A stretch of DNA of 64,000 nucleotides from Thermoproteota archaeon (GTDB lineage: Archaea > Thermoproteota > Thermoprotei_A > Sulfolobales > Ignisphaeraceae), in NCBI GenBank assembly GCA_030550585.1, contig JAUQPB010000002.1:96001-160000 (forward strand), written 5' to 3'. Below, piece after piece: positions 9,918 through 20,752 of the stretch. Made by a program: the position numbers and the translations under genes. The notes below the pieces were generated by a model. The model saw only the letters and a list, made by a program, of their open reading frames with translations, was not told the origin of the DNA and did not search any database. Positions within the stretch are counted from its first letter, which is position 1. The number at the start of each line of letters is the position of its first letter.

Positions 9918-10205
9918 GTGAAAATACCAAAAGTCATAACAACATATTGTCCAAGATGTAAAACACATACAGAACATAGTGTTACCATATACAAGCATGG
10001 TAAGAGAAGAACGTTGGCTCAAGGACAAAGAAGGTATCTTAGGAAGCAAGAGGGGTATGGATCAAAGAGAAAGCCAGAGCAAAAGCGGTTTGCCAAGGTC
10101 ACAAAAAAAGTTGTTTTAAAGCTTAAGTGCTCTAAATGTGGATATATAGTACATAGAGAAGGTGTAAGGTTGAAGAAAGCGGAACTAGCTGAAAAGCATG
10201 GGTGA
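9918..10205 (+). CDS. rpl44e: 50S ribosomal protein L44e
   Basis: [19 protein letters not shown]...KLKCSKCG; start moved to GTG 9918. Confidence 0.95.
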   Translation: MKIPKVITTYCPRCKTHTEHSVTIYKHGKRRTLAQGQRRYLRKQEGYGSKRKPEQKRFAKVTKKVVLKLKCSKCGYIVHREGVRLKKAELAEKHG

Positions 10206-10214
10206 ATATACCGT

Positions 10215-10418
10215 ATGGCTAAGAAAAGGAGGATTTTGATTCCAGAACCACGAAGCAAATTCATTAGAGTAAAGTGCAACGTCTGTGGAAACGAACAACC
10301 AGTCTTTGATCATGCAACTTTTCCTGTAAGATGCCTAGTATGTGGCACAGTAATAGTTCAGCCTACTGGAGGAAAAGCTAAATTAGTTAATGCTGAGATA
10401 GTTAGAATTTTAGGATAG
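10215..10418 (+). CDS. rps27e: 30S ribosomal protein S27e
   Basis: [17 protein letters not shown]...CLVCG...PTGGKA. Confidence 0.95.
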   Translation: MAKKRRILIPEPRSKFIRVKCNVCGNEQPVFDHATFPVRCLVCGTVIVQPTGGKAKLVNAEIVRILG

Positions 10419-10486
10419 TCCAGACGCAAAATGTTTTTGTATAGCCACATACAATATATTTTCATTATAAAGAGGGCGGAACCTTT

Positions 10487-11305
10487 ATGAGTTTGCCTTT
10501 TAGAAAAAAAGGTGTGCCAGAGGTAGGAGAGCTTGTTGTTGCTCAAGTAAAGAAAGTATTTGATTATGGTGCTTATGCTGATCTGTTAGAATATGAAAAT
10601 CTTGAAGCATTTATTCCATGGAGTGAGATAAGCACAAAGTATGTTAAAGATATCAGAGAGATTTTGAAAGAAAAACAAGTTGTTGTAGGTAAGGTAATTA
10701 GAGTAGAAAAGAAGCCTACAAAGATAGAAGTAGACATCTCATTGAAGAGGGTGATGGAAGGAGAGAAAAAGATTAAAATGCTAAGATGGAAAAGATTACA
10801 GAAAGCTCAAAAAATAATAGAATTAGTTTCCAAAAACATGTCAAAAACACTTGATGAAGCATATTCAAAAGTTTGGTCGAAATTTGAAAAAAGTATAGAT
10901 CCGTTGTCTATATTAGAAGAGGTTGTAATGAGGGGGCCTGAAAAGCTGAGGGAGATGGGAATTGAAGAACCTTGGGCTAAGGCAGTTTATGAGGAGGCTA
11001 AAAAGCATATTGCAATAAAAACTGTGAAGATTAGGGGCATCGCAAAAATAGTTTCTTATAAACCAGATGGCATTGATAGAATAAAAAAGATATTAACAGA
11101 GGTAAAAAATGCCTTTGCAAGCTCCAGCATTAAAATAGATATATACACTATAGGAGCTCCAAAATACAGAATCGAAATTGAGTCGCACGAATATAGATCA
11201 GCTGAAGACGCCTTTACTAAGATATCAGAACTCATTGAAAAGCTTTCAAAGGATCTGGAAATAGATTTATATAGTTTTGAAAGAGAAGAATTGCAAAAAG
11301 GATAA
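10487..11305 (+). CDS. eif2a: translation initiation factor aIF-2 alpha
   Basis: S1 domain [26 protein letters not shown]. Confidence 0.95.
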   Translation: MSLPFRKKGVPEVGELVVAQVKKVFDYGAYADLLEYENLEAFIPWSEISTKYVKDIREILKEKQVVVGKVIRVEKKPTKIEVDISLKRVMEGEKKIKMLRWKRLQKAQKIIELVSKNMSKTLDEAYSKVWSKFEKSIDPLSILEEVVMRGPEKLREMGIEEPWAKAVYEEAKKHIAIKTVKIRGIAKIVSYKPDGIDRIKKILTEVKNAFASSSIKIDIYTIGAPKYRIEIESHEYRSAEDAFTKISELIEKLSKDLEIDLYSFEREELQKG

Positions 11306-11310
11306 GGTTA

Positions 11311-11526
11311 ATGAGATGGAGAATAAGGAAATGTCCAAATTGTAAAACATACACTTTAAAGGAGATATGTCCAAAATGTGGTAATAAAACTATTGTACCT
11401 CACCCTCCAAGGTTCTCACCAGAAGATAAATATGTTGAATACAGGTTATTGAGTAAATATCCAGATCTGTTAAGTAAGGGTGTGAAAATCTCGAAGGAAG
11501 GGCTTTCGAATTCTAGCAATAAATAG
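11311..11526 (+). CDS. nop10: H/ACA RNP protein Nop10
   Basis: [17 protein letters not shown]...[11 protein letters not shown]. Confidence 0.95.
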   Translation: MRWRIRKCPNCKTYTLKEICPKCGNKTIVPHPPRFSPEDKYVEYRLLSKYPDLLSKGVKISKEGLSNSSNK

Positions 11527-11554
11527 AAGAATAACTTTAGAGTTTGTCTAAGAA

Positions 11555-12175
11555 CTAAGTTTTATAGAGCCATTCTATTCCTTTGCTTGTTATAACAAAT
11601 GGTATTTCATGAGAAATGGCTGGTTTTATAATTCTTATGGTTCTTGTCTTATTTGGAAGCACTTTTATTTCAATTATCTTATCAGCCCAGATATTGAGAT
11701 ACTCATAACCTGCAATTATGTTTTCTTCAAGTTTAACCTGCGCACTTGTAATAATCGCAATCCCTTTTTTATTCAAGGAATCCAGTAGTACAAGGATATC
11801 GACAAAGAGTTTGGATGCATAATCCTTTTCAGATTCAACTCTGTATAAATGGTTAATGCTATCCACAATTATCGTAATTACATTGAATTGCATGCTATCA
11901 AGAATTAAAGAGATTAGATGTTCTTGACTTAAAGCAGATGCAAAGTAAAAATTACTTGATTCAAGGCCTAGCTCAATAGCTCTATTTATAAATACCGGGT
12001 CTTCAGTTGATATATAGACAATATTTTCATTACTTATTTTCGAACATTTAAGGATGTTTAATAAGAAATTTGTTTTTCCGCTACCTGCAATGCCATATAC
12101 AACAATTTTAGATGGTTTAGAGAATAAAATACCATCTAATTGGCTATTGCATGTTGAAAGCATTAAAATACTCAT
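11555..12175 (-). CDS. RecA-superfamily ATPase (RadB-like)
   Basis: YGIAGSGKT Walker A, YISTE, IIVDSINHLYR Walker B; ATPase core only. Confidence 0.75.
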   Translation of the reverse strand: MSILMLSTCNSQLDGILFSKPSKIVVYGIAGSGKTNFLLNILKCSKISNENIVYISTEDPVFINRAIELGLESSNFYFASALSQEHLISLILDSMQFNVITIIVDSINHLYRVESEKDYASKLFVDILVLLDSLNKKGIAIITSAQVKLEENIIAGYEYLNIWADKIIEIKVLPNKTRTIRIIKPAISHEIPFVITSKGIEWLYKT

Positions 12176-12193
12176 TCCTCGTTATAAAAATTG

Positions 12194-12871
12194 TTAAGGC
12201 GAGAATATAAGCTCGTTGTTCACTTTCTTTACAATGCCCTTCTTCACAAGCATGTGTATTGCATCATCAATATACCTTCTGTCCACCTCTATTCCATACC
12301 ATTCCCTAAACGCCTCAATAATCTCGTCTATACCCCACGAACTTTTCTTCTTCTCGTTGTACGTTGACTCTAAGATTCTCTTAATGAATTGTGTAACATC
12401 CTCTAGTCTTGTCCATGGATACTGGAACCAATACCACTCTTTTACTTCCATATAATAGTAATCTGGCTTTATTTTAGCTACGGATGATATCCACTGCAAT
12501 GCAGCAGTTCGCAATTCCTTGGGCTTCCATTTTTTTAGGATATATTCCTTGGCTAATATGACAGATTCTCCCGTATCAATAATATCGTCGACAAGCAATG
12601 CCTTCATATTAGAAAGGTCTATTACATATTCAAATTTTATAATGGCTTTTTCACCCTTCTTTGCAGCCTCGGTCCAGTGCTGGGATTGAATTGATACAAG
12701 ATTTTCAACACCTAGAAAATCGCATAAAAGCCTTGCCGGCACATAACCGCCGCGCGAGATCGCAATTACTACATCAGGAATATAGCCATCATTTTCAATC
12801 TTTTTTGCTAACCCCCAGCTCCATTCCACAATATCGTTCCACTCTACCAGCTTTACAGGTATTTTAGGCAT
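12194..12871 (-). CDS. purine phosphoribosyltransferase
   Basis: AISRGG, LLVDDIIDTGES PRPP motif, WFQYPW. Confidence 0.88.
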   Translation of the reverse strand: MPKIPVKLVEWNDIVEWSWGLAKKIENDGYIPDVVIAISRGGYVPARLLCDFLGVENLVSIQSQHWTEAAKKGEKAIIKFEYVIDLSNMKALLVDDIIDTGESVILAKEYILKKWKPKELRTAALQWISSVAKIKPDYYYMEVKEWYWFQYPWTRLEDVTQFIKRILESTYNEKKKSSWGIDEIIEAFREWYGIEVDRRYIDDAIHMLVKKGIVKKVNNELIFSP

Positions 12872-12977
12872 TGTGAATTACCGTAAAAATAGGATTTGCA
12901 GAGGTATATAAACTTAGCTTGAAATAACCATAAACTAATCTTCAAGGTTTATAAAACGTGTTTTCGATATAGTTATT

Positions 12978-13056
12978 GGCCCCCGAGACGGCCGACCCGT
13001 ATAATTGATGAACCGTTGGCGAGCATGGGTACGGGGTCTCTGCGGGGGCTACAATA
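12978..13056 (+). ncRNA. H/ACA-like guide RNA (single hairpin)
   Basis: GC-rich hairpin GGCCCCCG/CGGGGGCT, upper stem CCCGTA/TACGGG, apical TGATGA...CGA K-turn-like motif, ACA at 13051 15 nt after upper stem, TTTATAAA ~25 nt upstream. Confidence 0.55.
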
Positions 13057-13069
13057 AAGAGCTTGTTGG

Positions 13070-14518
13070 TTAGCCTTTTACAACAGCTATTGGAACCAGC
13101 CTTACAACAGGCTTTACCAAATTAGCTCTTGTTGCAACGTCCACAACTCTGTCAACATCTTTGTAGGCCTCTGGAGTCTCCTCAGATAGCTCTCTCATGG
13201 TGGCAGCTCTTACAAGGATTCCCTTTCTTTCTAACATTTCAACAACTTCTCTTGGGGACTTGGCTCTTATTGCAGCAGCTCTACTCATCCATCTTCCAGC
13301 TCCGTGAGGTGCTGACCACCAAGCGTCTTTCGCTCCAGTGTTTGGTATTGTGATATAGCTTGCAGTTCCCATGCTACCAGGAATCAACACTATTTGTCCA
13401 AATTCTCTATGATCTGCTGGTATTTCAGGATGCTGCGGTGGAAATGCCCTTGTAGCACCTTTTCTATGCACTACCAACTTAATTTTTCTTCCTTCAAATT
13501 CGTGCTCCTCTATCTTGGCAATATTATGGGCAACATCATAAATAATCTTTATACCGAGCTTTTCATAGTCTGCAAAGCCAAAGGCCTTTGCAAAGGACTC
13601 TCTAGCCCAGTGTGTTATCAGCTGTCTGTTGGCCCATGCATAGTTCGCAGCCGCTGCCATAGCGGCGAAGTAGTCCTGCCCTTCAGGGCTGTTGAATGGA
13701 ACTGCCGCAAGCTCTCGGTCAGGCACTTCTATTCCATATCTCTTCATAGCTCTCTCCATAATCATTAGATAATCACTTGCAACCTGGTGTCCAAGACCCC
13801 TTGAACCTGTGTGCACCATTATTGTTATCTGCCCCTCTTCAAATATTCCTATCCTTTTTGCTATATCTGGAAGATATATTCTGTCAACAACTTGGATTTC
13901 TAGAAAATGATTCCCACTACCAAGGGTGCCTAACTGTGGTGCCCCTCTTTCCTTGGCTCTCTTGCTCACCTTTGATGCATCAGCAGCCTCTATTCTTCCT
14001 CTAGATTCCGTATGCTCTATATCATATTCTGTTGCATATCCTTGTCTAAGTGCCCATTGCGCCCCTTCTTCGAGTACATTATTAAGCTCGGCTTCTGTCA
14101 ATCTGATTTTACCTGTTGCACCAACGCCGCTTGGGATGTTTCTGAATACTAAATCAACCAATTCGCGAAGCCTTGGTTTCACATCCTTGACTGTGAGATC
14201 TGTTCTTAAGACTCTCACACCACAGTTGATATCGTAGCCCACGCCACCTGGGCTTACAACCCCATTCTCTAGATCAAAACCTGCTACACCCCCTATTGGG
14301 AACCCATAACCTTGATGACCATCAGGAAGAGTGTAACTGGCTCCTACAATACCCGGTAGACAAGACACATTTGCTGCCTGTTCTAGTGTTGCATCCTCTT
14401 TCATCTTATTTAATAAAAAATCATCAGCATATATAATTGCAGGAACCTTCATACATTTCTTATACTCTTTTGGGATAATCCAAATTACATCACTAATACG
14501 TTTTAAGTTTGTAACCAT
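13070..14518 (-). CDS. rtcB: tRNA-splicing ligase RtcB
   Basis: LPDGHQGYGFPIG, GYDINCGVR, GTLGSGNHFLE, HRKGAT, PGSMG, HGAGR, EETPEAYK. Confidence 0.97.
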   Translation of the reverse strand: MVTNLKRISDVIWIIPKEYKKCMKVPAIIYADDFLLNKMKEDATLEQAANVSCLPGIVGASYTLPDGHQGYGFPIGGVAGFDLENGVVSPGGVGYDINCGVRVLRTDLTVKDVKPRLRELVDLVFRNIPSGVGATGKIRLTEAELNNVLEEGAQWALRQGYATEYDIEHTESRGRIEAADASKVSKRAKERGAPQLGTLGSGNHFLEIQVVDRIYLPDIAKRIGIFEEGQITIMVHTGSRGLGHQVASDYLMIMERAMKRYGIEVPDRELAAVPFNSPEGQDYFAAMAAAANYAWANRQLITHWARESFAKAFGFADYEKLGIKIIYDVAHNIAKIEEHEFEGRKIKLVVHRKGATRAFPPQHPEIPADHREFGQIVLIPGSMGTASYITIPNTGAKDAWWSAPHGAGRWMSRAAAIRAKSPREVVEMLERKGILVRAATMRELSEETPEAYKDVDRVVDVATRANLVKPVVRLVPIAVVKG

Positions 14519-14831
14519 GGTCTTTATTCACCAGCTCTATCTAATACTATGTAAATAACTCTTGACTAATAAGCTTAAGATATGAGCTATATTTCAAGTT
14601 TCACATAATTGTATTTATATACCTAGCTATAAAGACAGCCAATCAAAAACTGAGCTTAATATTCATTTGTATTCATTTGGTGGCAACCGTGTTTACTAGG
14701 TTTAGACGCTCAATAAAGCTTTTATTTCTACTTAATCAAACCACTATATGCTCGATACATGCTTATAAACCATGTTTAGTCTTGAAGTGTGAAATCAAAT
14801 ATAATGTAGGTTGAAAGTGGTGCATAGATAA

Positions 14832-15314
14832 ATGGGGCATTGGCGCTATCCCAAACCCGAAGGTGTGGATGAGACAAAGACAGCTAGAGCTGTTATAAGA
14901 GATGTGCCAATGTCATTTAAAGAGGCTTATGAAGTTTGTAAGGTTATTAGAGGTATGATGTTGTCGGAGGCAAAGGATCTACTTAAAAAAGTTGTAGAGT
15001 TGAAAGAGCCAATACCATACACTAGATACAAGCTTAGTATAGCTCATAAGCGTGGCTTGGCAAGAAGGTGGGATAGGTTCAAAAGTCCTATAGGCAGATA
15101 TCCTGTAAAAGTTGCTAAAAACATTTTAAAGTTATTGGAAAACGTAGAGAATAATGCTGCTAATAAGGGTCTCAATCCCGACAAGCTAAAGATAATTCAT
15201 ATCGCTGCCCATAAAAGCTATTACCTTAAGAAATGGATGCCACGAGCCTTTGGAAGAGCCACTCCATGGTTCAGAACTCACACAAGCGTTGAGGTGATAG
15301 TGGCAGAGGTGTGA
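14832..15314 (+). CDS. rpl22: 50S ribosomal protein L22
   Basis: GRYPVK, NAANKGL, PRAFGRA. Confidence 0.96.
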   Translation: MGHWRYPKPEGVDETKTARAVIRDVPMSFKEAYEVCKVIRGMMLSEAKDLLKKVVELKEPIPYTRYKLSIAHKRGLARRWDRFKSPIGRYPVKVAKNILKLLENVENNAANKGLNPDKLKIIHIAAHKSYYLKKWMPRAFGRATPWFRTHTSVEVIVAEV

Positions 15315-15320
15315 ATTAGT

Positions 15321-15947
15321 ATGGTAAACATAAAGAGATATTTTATTGAACAAGGCATAAAGAAGGTTGCTGTAGACGAGTATCTAGCAAGCAAGTTCTG
15401 GAGAGCTGGATATGCAGGTGTTGATATTATTAGAACCCCACTTGGTACAAGAGTCATAATATATGCTCTGAGACCAGGTCTTATAATTGGGCGTAAGGGT
15501 CAAACCCTAAAAACAATTCAAACTGTATTGGAGAAACTTTTCGGAATTGAGAATCCACAGATAACCGTAGTTGAGGTTGAGAACCCAGATCTTAATGCAA
15601 GGGTTGTGGCTTTCAATATCGCGCTTGCACTAGAAAGAGGTGTTCACTTTAGGAGAGCAGGTTTCATAGCGTTGCGAAGGGTTATGGCAGCTGGAGCATT
15701 AGGCTGCGAAATAGTTATTAGCGGTAAGCTTGTTGCTGAGAGGGCACGTTATGAGAAGCTAAAAGCGGGAAAGGTTTACAAATCGGGAGAACAGAGTCTT
15801 AAACTTGTTGATAGGGCTGTTGCCCACGTTTTGCTAAAGCCTGGTATGTATGGTGTTGAGGTTATAATATCAAAGCCTGGCATCACCTCTGACCACGTTG
15901 AAATCGTTAGCATGTCTCAGACAGGAGGAGAGCAGGTAAGGAGCTAG
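15321..15947 (+). CDS. rps3: 30S ribosomal protein S3
   Basis: KH motif RPGLIIGRKG, HFRRA, GCEIVISGK. Confidence 0.96.
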   Translation: MVNIKRYFIEQGIKKVAVDEYLASKFWRAGYAGVDIIRTPLGTRVIIYALRPGLIIGRKGQTLKTIQTVLEKLFGIENPQITVVEVENPDLNARVVAFNIALALERGVHFRRAGFIALRRVMAAGALGCEIVISGKLVAERARYEKLKAGKVYKSGEQSLKLVDRAVAHVLLKPGMYGVEVIISKPGITSDHVEIVSMSQTGGEQVRS

Positions 15948-15958
15948 GTGAATAAACA

Positions 15959-16189
15959 ATGAGTGACAGACCACTCAAAGCTGAGGAGATAAGATCTATG
16001 AGTATGGAAGAGAGGCTAAGGTTGTTGAATGAGTTGAAATTGGAACTCACAAGGCTCTTGACACAGGCTAGAACAGGAACATTAACCAATGTAGCAAGAA
16101 TAAGGATAGTTAGAAAGAATATTGCTAGAATACTAACTGTAATTAATGAGGAACGCAAAGGTAAGAAGACCCATGATCAGAACAGATAA
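15959..16189 (+). CDS. rpl29: 50S ribosomal protein L29
   Basis: EIRSMS...IRIVRKNIARILTVINE. Confidence 0.95.
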   Translation: MSDRPLKAEEIRSMSMEERLRLLNELKLELTRLLTQARTGTLTNVARIRIVRKNIARILTVINEERKGKKTHDQNR

Positions 16190-16460
16190 GAACATAGTAT
16201 ATCATGAATTAATAGGTTTGCAAGTCGAGGTCGTATCTCACCTCAATCCGTCATTAATTGGCGTAAAAGGCGCTGTTGTAGATGAGACTATGAATACACT
16301 TCGAATAGCTGATGTCAACCGCAGAAAAATTGTAACAGTAATGAAGAGTGGAGGAATATTTGCATTCACTATACCAGAGAGTGGTACAAAGGTTTATATT
16401 GATGGTAGCCAGATAGTTGGAAGGCCTGAGGATAGACTTAAAAAGTTGGCTAGACGATAA
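16173..16460 (+). CDS. rnp1: RNase P protein component 1 (Rpp29)
   Basis: HELIGL, GAVVDETMNTL, GRPEDRLK; start ATG 16173. Confidence 0.92.
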   Translation: MIRTDKNIVYHELIGLQVEVVSHLNPSLIGVKGAVVDETMNTLRIADVNRRKIVTVMKSGGIFAFTIPESGTKVYIDGSQIVGRPEDRLKKLARR

Positions 16461-16487
16461 GGTAATGTCTAAGAAGAGTAGTGAGAT

Positions 16488-16862
16488 GTGATGTCTGCAC
16501 AGCAAAATGTTCAAGCTAGGAACATAGGCATTGTATATCCTGGGCTAAAACCACCCGAGAAGGTTTGTAACGATAAGAAATGTCCCTGGCATGGCAATGT
16601 CAGGGTCAGAGGCTTGCTGCTTGTTGGAAAAGTGATAAAGTCGAGAATGCAGAACACAGTTGTTGTTGAGAGAGAGTATGTGGTTTGGGTAAGGAAGTTT
16701 AAGAGATATGAAAGAAGGAGAAGTAGAATACATGCTCACAACCCTCCATGCATCTCAGCTAAAGAAGGTGATATTGTGCTTATAGGCGAGACTAGACCTT
16801 TGGCAAAAAGTGTGTCTTTTGTTGTGTTAGGTGTGATTGGCAAAGCAAAGGTGGGTGAATAG
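16488..16862 (+). CDS. rps17: 30S ribosomal protein S17
   Basis: CNDKKCPWHG, AHNPPCI, GETRPLAK. Confidence 0.96.
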   Translation: MMSAQQNVQARNIGIVYPGLKPPEKVCNDKKCPWHGNVRVRGLLLVGKVIKSRMQNTVVVEREYVVWVRKFKRYERRRSRIHAHNPPCISAKEGDIVLIGETRPLAKSVSFVVLGVIGKAKVGE

Positions 16863-16865
16863 CTC

Positions 16866-17291
16866 ATGGCTGCTAAGAGGGCGAAGACAGGTGCGGCTTT
16901 TCCAAGAAGAAGAAGAGTTGCTGGTATAATTAATGGGACAAGATTGGTTGTCGCAGACAATAGTGGAGCTAAAGAGGTTATGGTTATAGGTGTTGTAGGG
17001 CTAAAGACTAGGTTAAGGAGGATACCATTTGCAACTGTCGGTGACATGGTTATAGCAACTGTTAAGAAAGGAAATCCTGAGCTGATAGGGCAGATCACAC
17101 GGGCTATAGTTATAAGGCAGAAGAAGCCCTATAGAAGACCTGATGGCACGTGGATAGCGTTTGAAGACAATGCATGTGTGTTAGTCAACCCCGATGGAAC
17201 GCCAAAAGGAAAAGAAATAAGAGGTCCCGTTGCTAGGGAAGCTGTTGAGAGATGGCCCCAAATTGCAAACATGGCAACAATAGTTGTGTGA
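16866..17291 (+). CDS. rpl14: 50S ribosomal protein L14
   Basis: ADNSGAK, FEDNACV, GPVAREA. Confidence 0.96.
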   Translation: MAAKRAKTGAAFPRRRRVAGIINGTRLVVADNSGAKEVMVIGVVGLKTRLRRIPFATVGDMVIATVKKGNPELIGQITRAIVIRQKKPYRRPDGTWIAFEDNACVLVNPDGTPKGKEIRGPVAREAVERWPQIANMATIVV

Positions 17292-17307
17292 GAGAGGTGT
17301 GAGAGAC

Positions 17308-17751
17308 ATGGAGCTCAAAACTGTGCAGCCAAGGAAGCAAAGAAAAAGATTGTTTAACCTACCTCTTCACTTAAGATGGAGATTGCTCACCGCACCTCTA
17401 TCCGAGGACTTGAGAAAAGAGCTAGGAATCAAAAGGCTGTACATAAGGAGTGGCGATGTTGTTAGAATAGTTAGAGGTGATTGGAAGGGCCACGAAGGCA
17501 AGGTCGTTAATGTCGACTTAAAAAGGGGTAGGATATATATAGAAGGTGTAACTATTAAAAAGGCAGATGGAACTGACGTATACTATCCCATACACCCATC
17601 AAAAGTGATTATTGTAAAGCTTGGAGAGGTTGATGAGGTAAGGAGGAAAATAATTGAGAGAAGACAGAAGAGCAGAGAGGAGCTGGTTAAGATCGGAAAA
17701 GCAAAACCTCTTAATGAAGATCAGAAAAAGCTTGTTGAAAAAACCGGATAG
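17308..17751 (+). CDS. rpl24: 50S ribosomal protein L24
   Basis: [26 protein letters not shown]; start ATG 17308. Confidence 0.95.
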   Translation: MELKTVQPRKQRKRLFNLPLHLRWRLLTAPLSEDLRKELGIKRLYIRSGDVVRIVRGDWKGHEGKVVNVDLKRGRIYIEGVTIKKADGTDVYYPIHPSKVIIVKLGEVDEVRRKIIERRQKSREELVKIGKAKPLNEDQKKLVEKTG

Positions 17752-17760
17752 GTGTAGTCT

Positions 17761-18522
17761 ATGGCTCGAATGGGGGGATCAAAACATCTAAAAAGATTGG
17801 CTGCTCCTTGGTTCTGGCCTATTCTTAGAAAGGAGTATAAATGGGTTGTAAAGCCTTCGCCCGGACCTCATCCAATCGACAGAAGTCTGCCTTTACTTGT
17901 TGTCATAAGAGATGTTCTTGGTTTGGCTGAGACTGCAAGGGAGGCTAAGAGAATAATATTTGATGGAAAGGTTTATATAGATGGGGTAGTTCGAAAAGAC
18001 TATAAATTTCCAGTTGGCGTTATGGACACTATTTCAATACCTGATATAGACTTTTATGCACGGTTTGTTCCATACCCAGTAAAGTGCCTCTGGTATGTTA
18101 ATATACCTAAGGAAGAAAAGTCTTTGAAAATAGTCAGAGTAGAAAATAAGACCACTGTAAATGGAGGAGACATACAATTGAATTTAATGGATGGGAGGAA
18201 TATACAAATCAAGGTTAAAGATCCTACAAAACCTGTTGAAGCATCTAATATATCGACTCTCGACTCTTTATTGATAGAAGTTCCATCGCAGAATATATTG
18301 CAGCACATAAAATTAGATGTCGGCAAGCTTGCTGTGGTAATACATGGTAGAAATGTTGGAAGAATTGGAAGAATAGTAAGTATAGACATCAAGCCAGGTC
18401 TCAAAAAAAGAAGATCTATCGTGATGTTAGAAGATTTACAAGGCCATAGGTTTCAAACAATTTTAGATTACATAGTAGTCATAGGTGAGGATAAGCCCTT
18501 GATAACTGTGGCAGGGATATAG
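17761..18522 (+). CDS. rps4e: 30S ribosomal protein S4e
   Basis: HLKRLAAP, PSPGPH, FPVGVMD. Confidence 0.96.
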   Translation: MARMGGSKHLKRLAAPWFWPILRKEYKWVVKPSPGPHPIDRSLPLLVVIRDVLGLAETAREAKRIIFDGKVYIDGVVRKDYKFPVGVMDTISIPDIDFYARFVPYPVKCLWYVNIPKEEKSLKIVRVENKTTVNGGDIQLNLMDGRNIQIKVKDPTKPVEASNISTLDSLLIEVPSQNILQHIKLDVGKLAVVIHGRNVGRIGRIVSIDIKPGLKKRRSIVMLEDLQGHRFQTILDYIVVIGEDKPLITVAGI

Positions 18523-18534
18523 GGTGGTAGCTCA

Positions 18535-19164
18535 ATGTCGTCAATGGCAATAATAAAGAACGGATGTATAACACTGTCTTCGGTGCCAGAGACATATTCA
18601 AGCTCTATTTTAAACCAAGAAACTGTCAACTCTATAATTAAGATGTGGAGAGAAAAGCCTATGACAATACCAAGAATAGCTAAGGTAACAGTAAATATTA
18701 GTGTTGGGGGAGCTTCGGAAAGACTTGAAAAGGCTGTGAAATTGCTTGAGCAGCTAACAGGTCAAGAACCATCTATACGCAAAGCTAAGAAGACTATTAG
18801 AGAATTTGGCATTAGTAGGAGGCAACCTATAGCTGCTGTAGTCACTCTTCGTGGACAAAAGGCACTAGAATTCCTTAGGAAGGCCCTTTATGCCGTTAAT
18901 AACACGCTTAAGTTAACCTCTTTTGATGATTATGGCAATGTCTCTTTTGGAATTAAAGAGCATTTGCTATTGCCTGGTGTAAGATACGATCCAGAGATAG
19001 GCATATTTGGAATGGATGTTGCTCTAACCTTTGAAAGGGCTGGTTTCAGGGTTATGAGAAGACGTAGGAAAAAGGTATCATCAATACCGCGAAGACATAG
19101 GGTAAGGAAGGAGGAGAGCATACTCTTGCTAGAGATTTTATTTAGGGTTCGTGTTACGAGCTGA
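18535..19164 (+). CDS. rpl5: 50S ribosomal protein L5
   Basis: KVTVNISVG, VTLRG, GNVSFGIKEH, GIFGMDV. Confidence 0.95.
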   Translation: MSSMAIIKNGCITLSSVPETYSSSILNQETVNSIIKMWREKPMTIPRIAKVTVNISVGGASERLEKAVKLLEQLTGQEPSIRKAKKTIREFGISRRQPIAAVVTLRGQKALEFLRKALYAVNNTLKLTSFDDYGNVSFGIKEHLLLPGVRYDPEIGIFGMDVALTFERAGFRVMRRRRKKVSSIPRRHRVRKEESILLLEILFRVRVTS

Positions 19165-19178
19165 GGGAGGTGAGTTAA

Positions 19179-19343
19179 ATGGGTAAGTATAGACCTCCTG
19201 CAGAAAGAAAATATGGACGCGGTGCACAAGTATGTAGAAGATGTGGTAACAGGGATGCGGTAATACAGAAATATGGTATATACCTCTGTAGGCAATGTTT
19301 TAGAGAGGTAGCTATGGTAATGGGGTTTAGAAAGTATAACTAA
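19179..19343 (+). CDS. rps14: 30S ribosomal protein S14 (not in ORF track)
   Basis: read by hand: MGKYRPPAERKYGRGAQVCRRCGNRDAVIQKYGIYLCRQCFREVAMVMGFRKYN; GGAGGTGA SD. Confidence 0.95.
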   Translation: MGKYRPPAERKYGRGAQVCRRCGNRDAVIQKYGIYLCRQCFREVAMVMGFRKYN

Positions 19344-19348
19344 GGTGA

Positions 19349-19756
19349 ATGTCTATGACAATGTTAGATACACTTGCAAATGCACTTGCAACAATCACAA
19401 ATGCTGAGGCTAGGAGGAAATCAGAGGCGCTGATATGGCCAGCTTCAAAACTCATAATAAGGGTTCTAAGAGTTATGCAAAAATATGGTTATGTTGGAGA
19501 ATTTGAGTATATAGATGATGGTAGATGGGGAAAGATACTAGTTCAGTTAATGGGCAGGATAAACAAGGCAGGTGCTATAAAGCCTAGGATTGCTGTTTCA
19601 TATAGAGATTTGTTGCAGATGCCTCACTATATAAGAAGGTACTTGCCCTCGAAAGACATTGGAATACTAATCCTATCGACAAACCAGGGCGTTCTCTCCC
19701 ATAAAGAGGCTATAGAAAAGAAAATAGGCGGCATTCTAATAGCCTATGTCTACTAG
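19349..19756 (+). CDS. rps8: 30S ribosomal protein S8
   Basis: [28 protein letters not shown]. Confidence 0.96.
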   Translation: MSMTMLDTLANALATITNAEARRKSEALIWPASKLIIRVLRVMQKYGYVGEFEYIDDGRWGKILVQLMGRINKAGAIKPRIAVSYRDLLQMPHYIRRYLPSKDIGILILSTNQGVLSHKEAIEKKIGGILIAYVY

Positions 19757-19758
19757 CA

Positions 19759-20316
19759 GTGGTGAAAATGGCTAAGGCAGTGCATTTAGTTGATCAAATA
19801 GAGATTCCAAACGGTGTTGAGGTAGAGGTAAACAATAAAATAGTTAGGGTTAAGGGACCTAAGGGAGAGCTCGTAAGAGATTTTAGCTATGCGAAAAACA
19901 TAGATATCAGAGTGGAAAATGGTAAAGTAGTTCTAGAGACCTTCTTTGCTAACAGCAAGACAAAAGCATTGTTATACACAATTTCTTCTCATATAAACAA
20001 TATGATAATCGGTGTAACGAAAGGTTGGAGATACAAGCTCAAGGTTGTTTCTTCGCACTTTCCTGTTACTGTTAAGGTTTCTGGAGATAATGTGATTATC
20101 GAGAACTTTCTTGGTGAAAGAGCTCCTAGAAAGGCAAAGATATTAGAAGGTGTTAAGGTTAAGGTTGAGGGCAAGGACATAATTGTTGAGGGAGTGGATT
20201 TGGAGAAGGTTTCGCAAACAGCTGCAAACATAGAAATTGCTACTAAAGTTAAAGACAAAGATAGGAGGATATTTGTTGATGGTATATACATCTATGAGAG
20301 GGGTGTAGCAGAATGA
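19759..20316 (+). CDS. rpl6: 50S ribosomal protein L6
   Basis: [21 protein letters not shown]. Confidence 0.96.
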   Translation: MVKMAKAVHLVDQIEIPNGVEVEVNNKIVRVKGPKGELVRDFSYAKNIDIRVENGKVVLETFFANSKTKALLYTISSHINNMIIGVTKGWRYKLKVVSSHFPVTVKVSGDNVIIENFLGERAPRKAKILEGVKVKVEGKDIIVEGVDLEKVSQTAANIEIATKVKDKDRRIFVDGIYIYERGVAE

Positions 20317-20744
20317 GTGCTGATTATAAAGAGATGTTAGCAAAAAGAATAGAAATATTAAGAAGTTTGAGAAAGAAAAGAAGGGTATTGCTATTGAAAA
20401 TGCGTATGAGAAAACCAGAGTTTCTTAGATGGCTGTGGTGGAAGTTTGCAAAGTTTGAAAATAACCTGAAGTGGAAAAGGCCTAGGGGAAAAGATAATCC
20501 AGTTAGGTTAGCGCTGAAGGGTTATCCACCCAAAGCGTCTATAGGTTATGGCACACCAAATGAAATTAAGGATCTTCATCCCAGTGGGTTAAAGCCGGTA
20601 GTGGTTGCAAACGTGGCAGATCTGAATAAGCTTGATCCATCAAAGCATATAGTTTATATAGCCTCAAGCGTAGGCCTTAAAAAGAGACTAGAGTTAGTTA
20701 AGCTAGCTAAGTCAAAGGGTTTAAAGGTAGCTAATGAGAGGTGA
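20313..20744 (+). CDS. rpl32e: 50S ribosomal protein L32e
   Basis: [24 protein letters not shown]. Confidence 0.95.
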   Translation: MSADYKEMLAKRIEILRSLRKKRRVLLLKMRMRKPEFLRWLWWKFAKFENNLKWKRPRGKDNPVRLALKGYPPKASIGYGTPNEIKDLHPSGLKPVVVANVADLNKLDPSKHIVYIASSVGLKKRLELVKLAKSKGLKVANER

Positions 20745-20752
20745 GGTTATTA

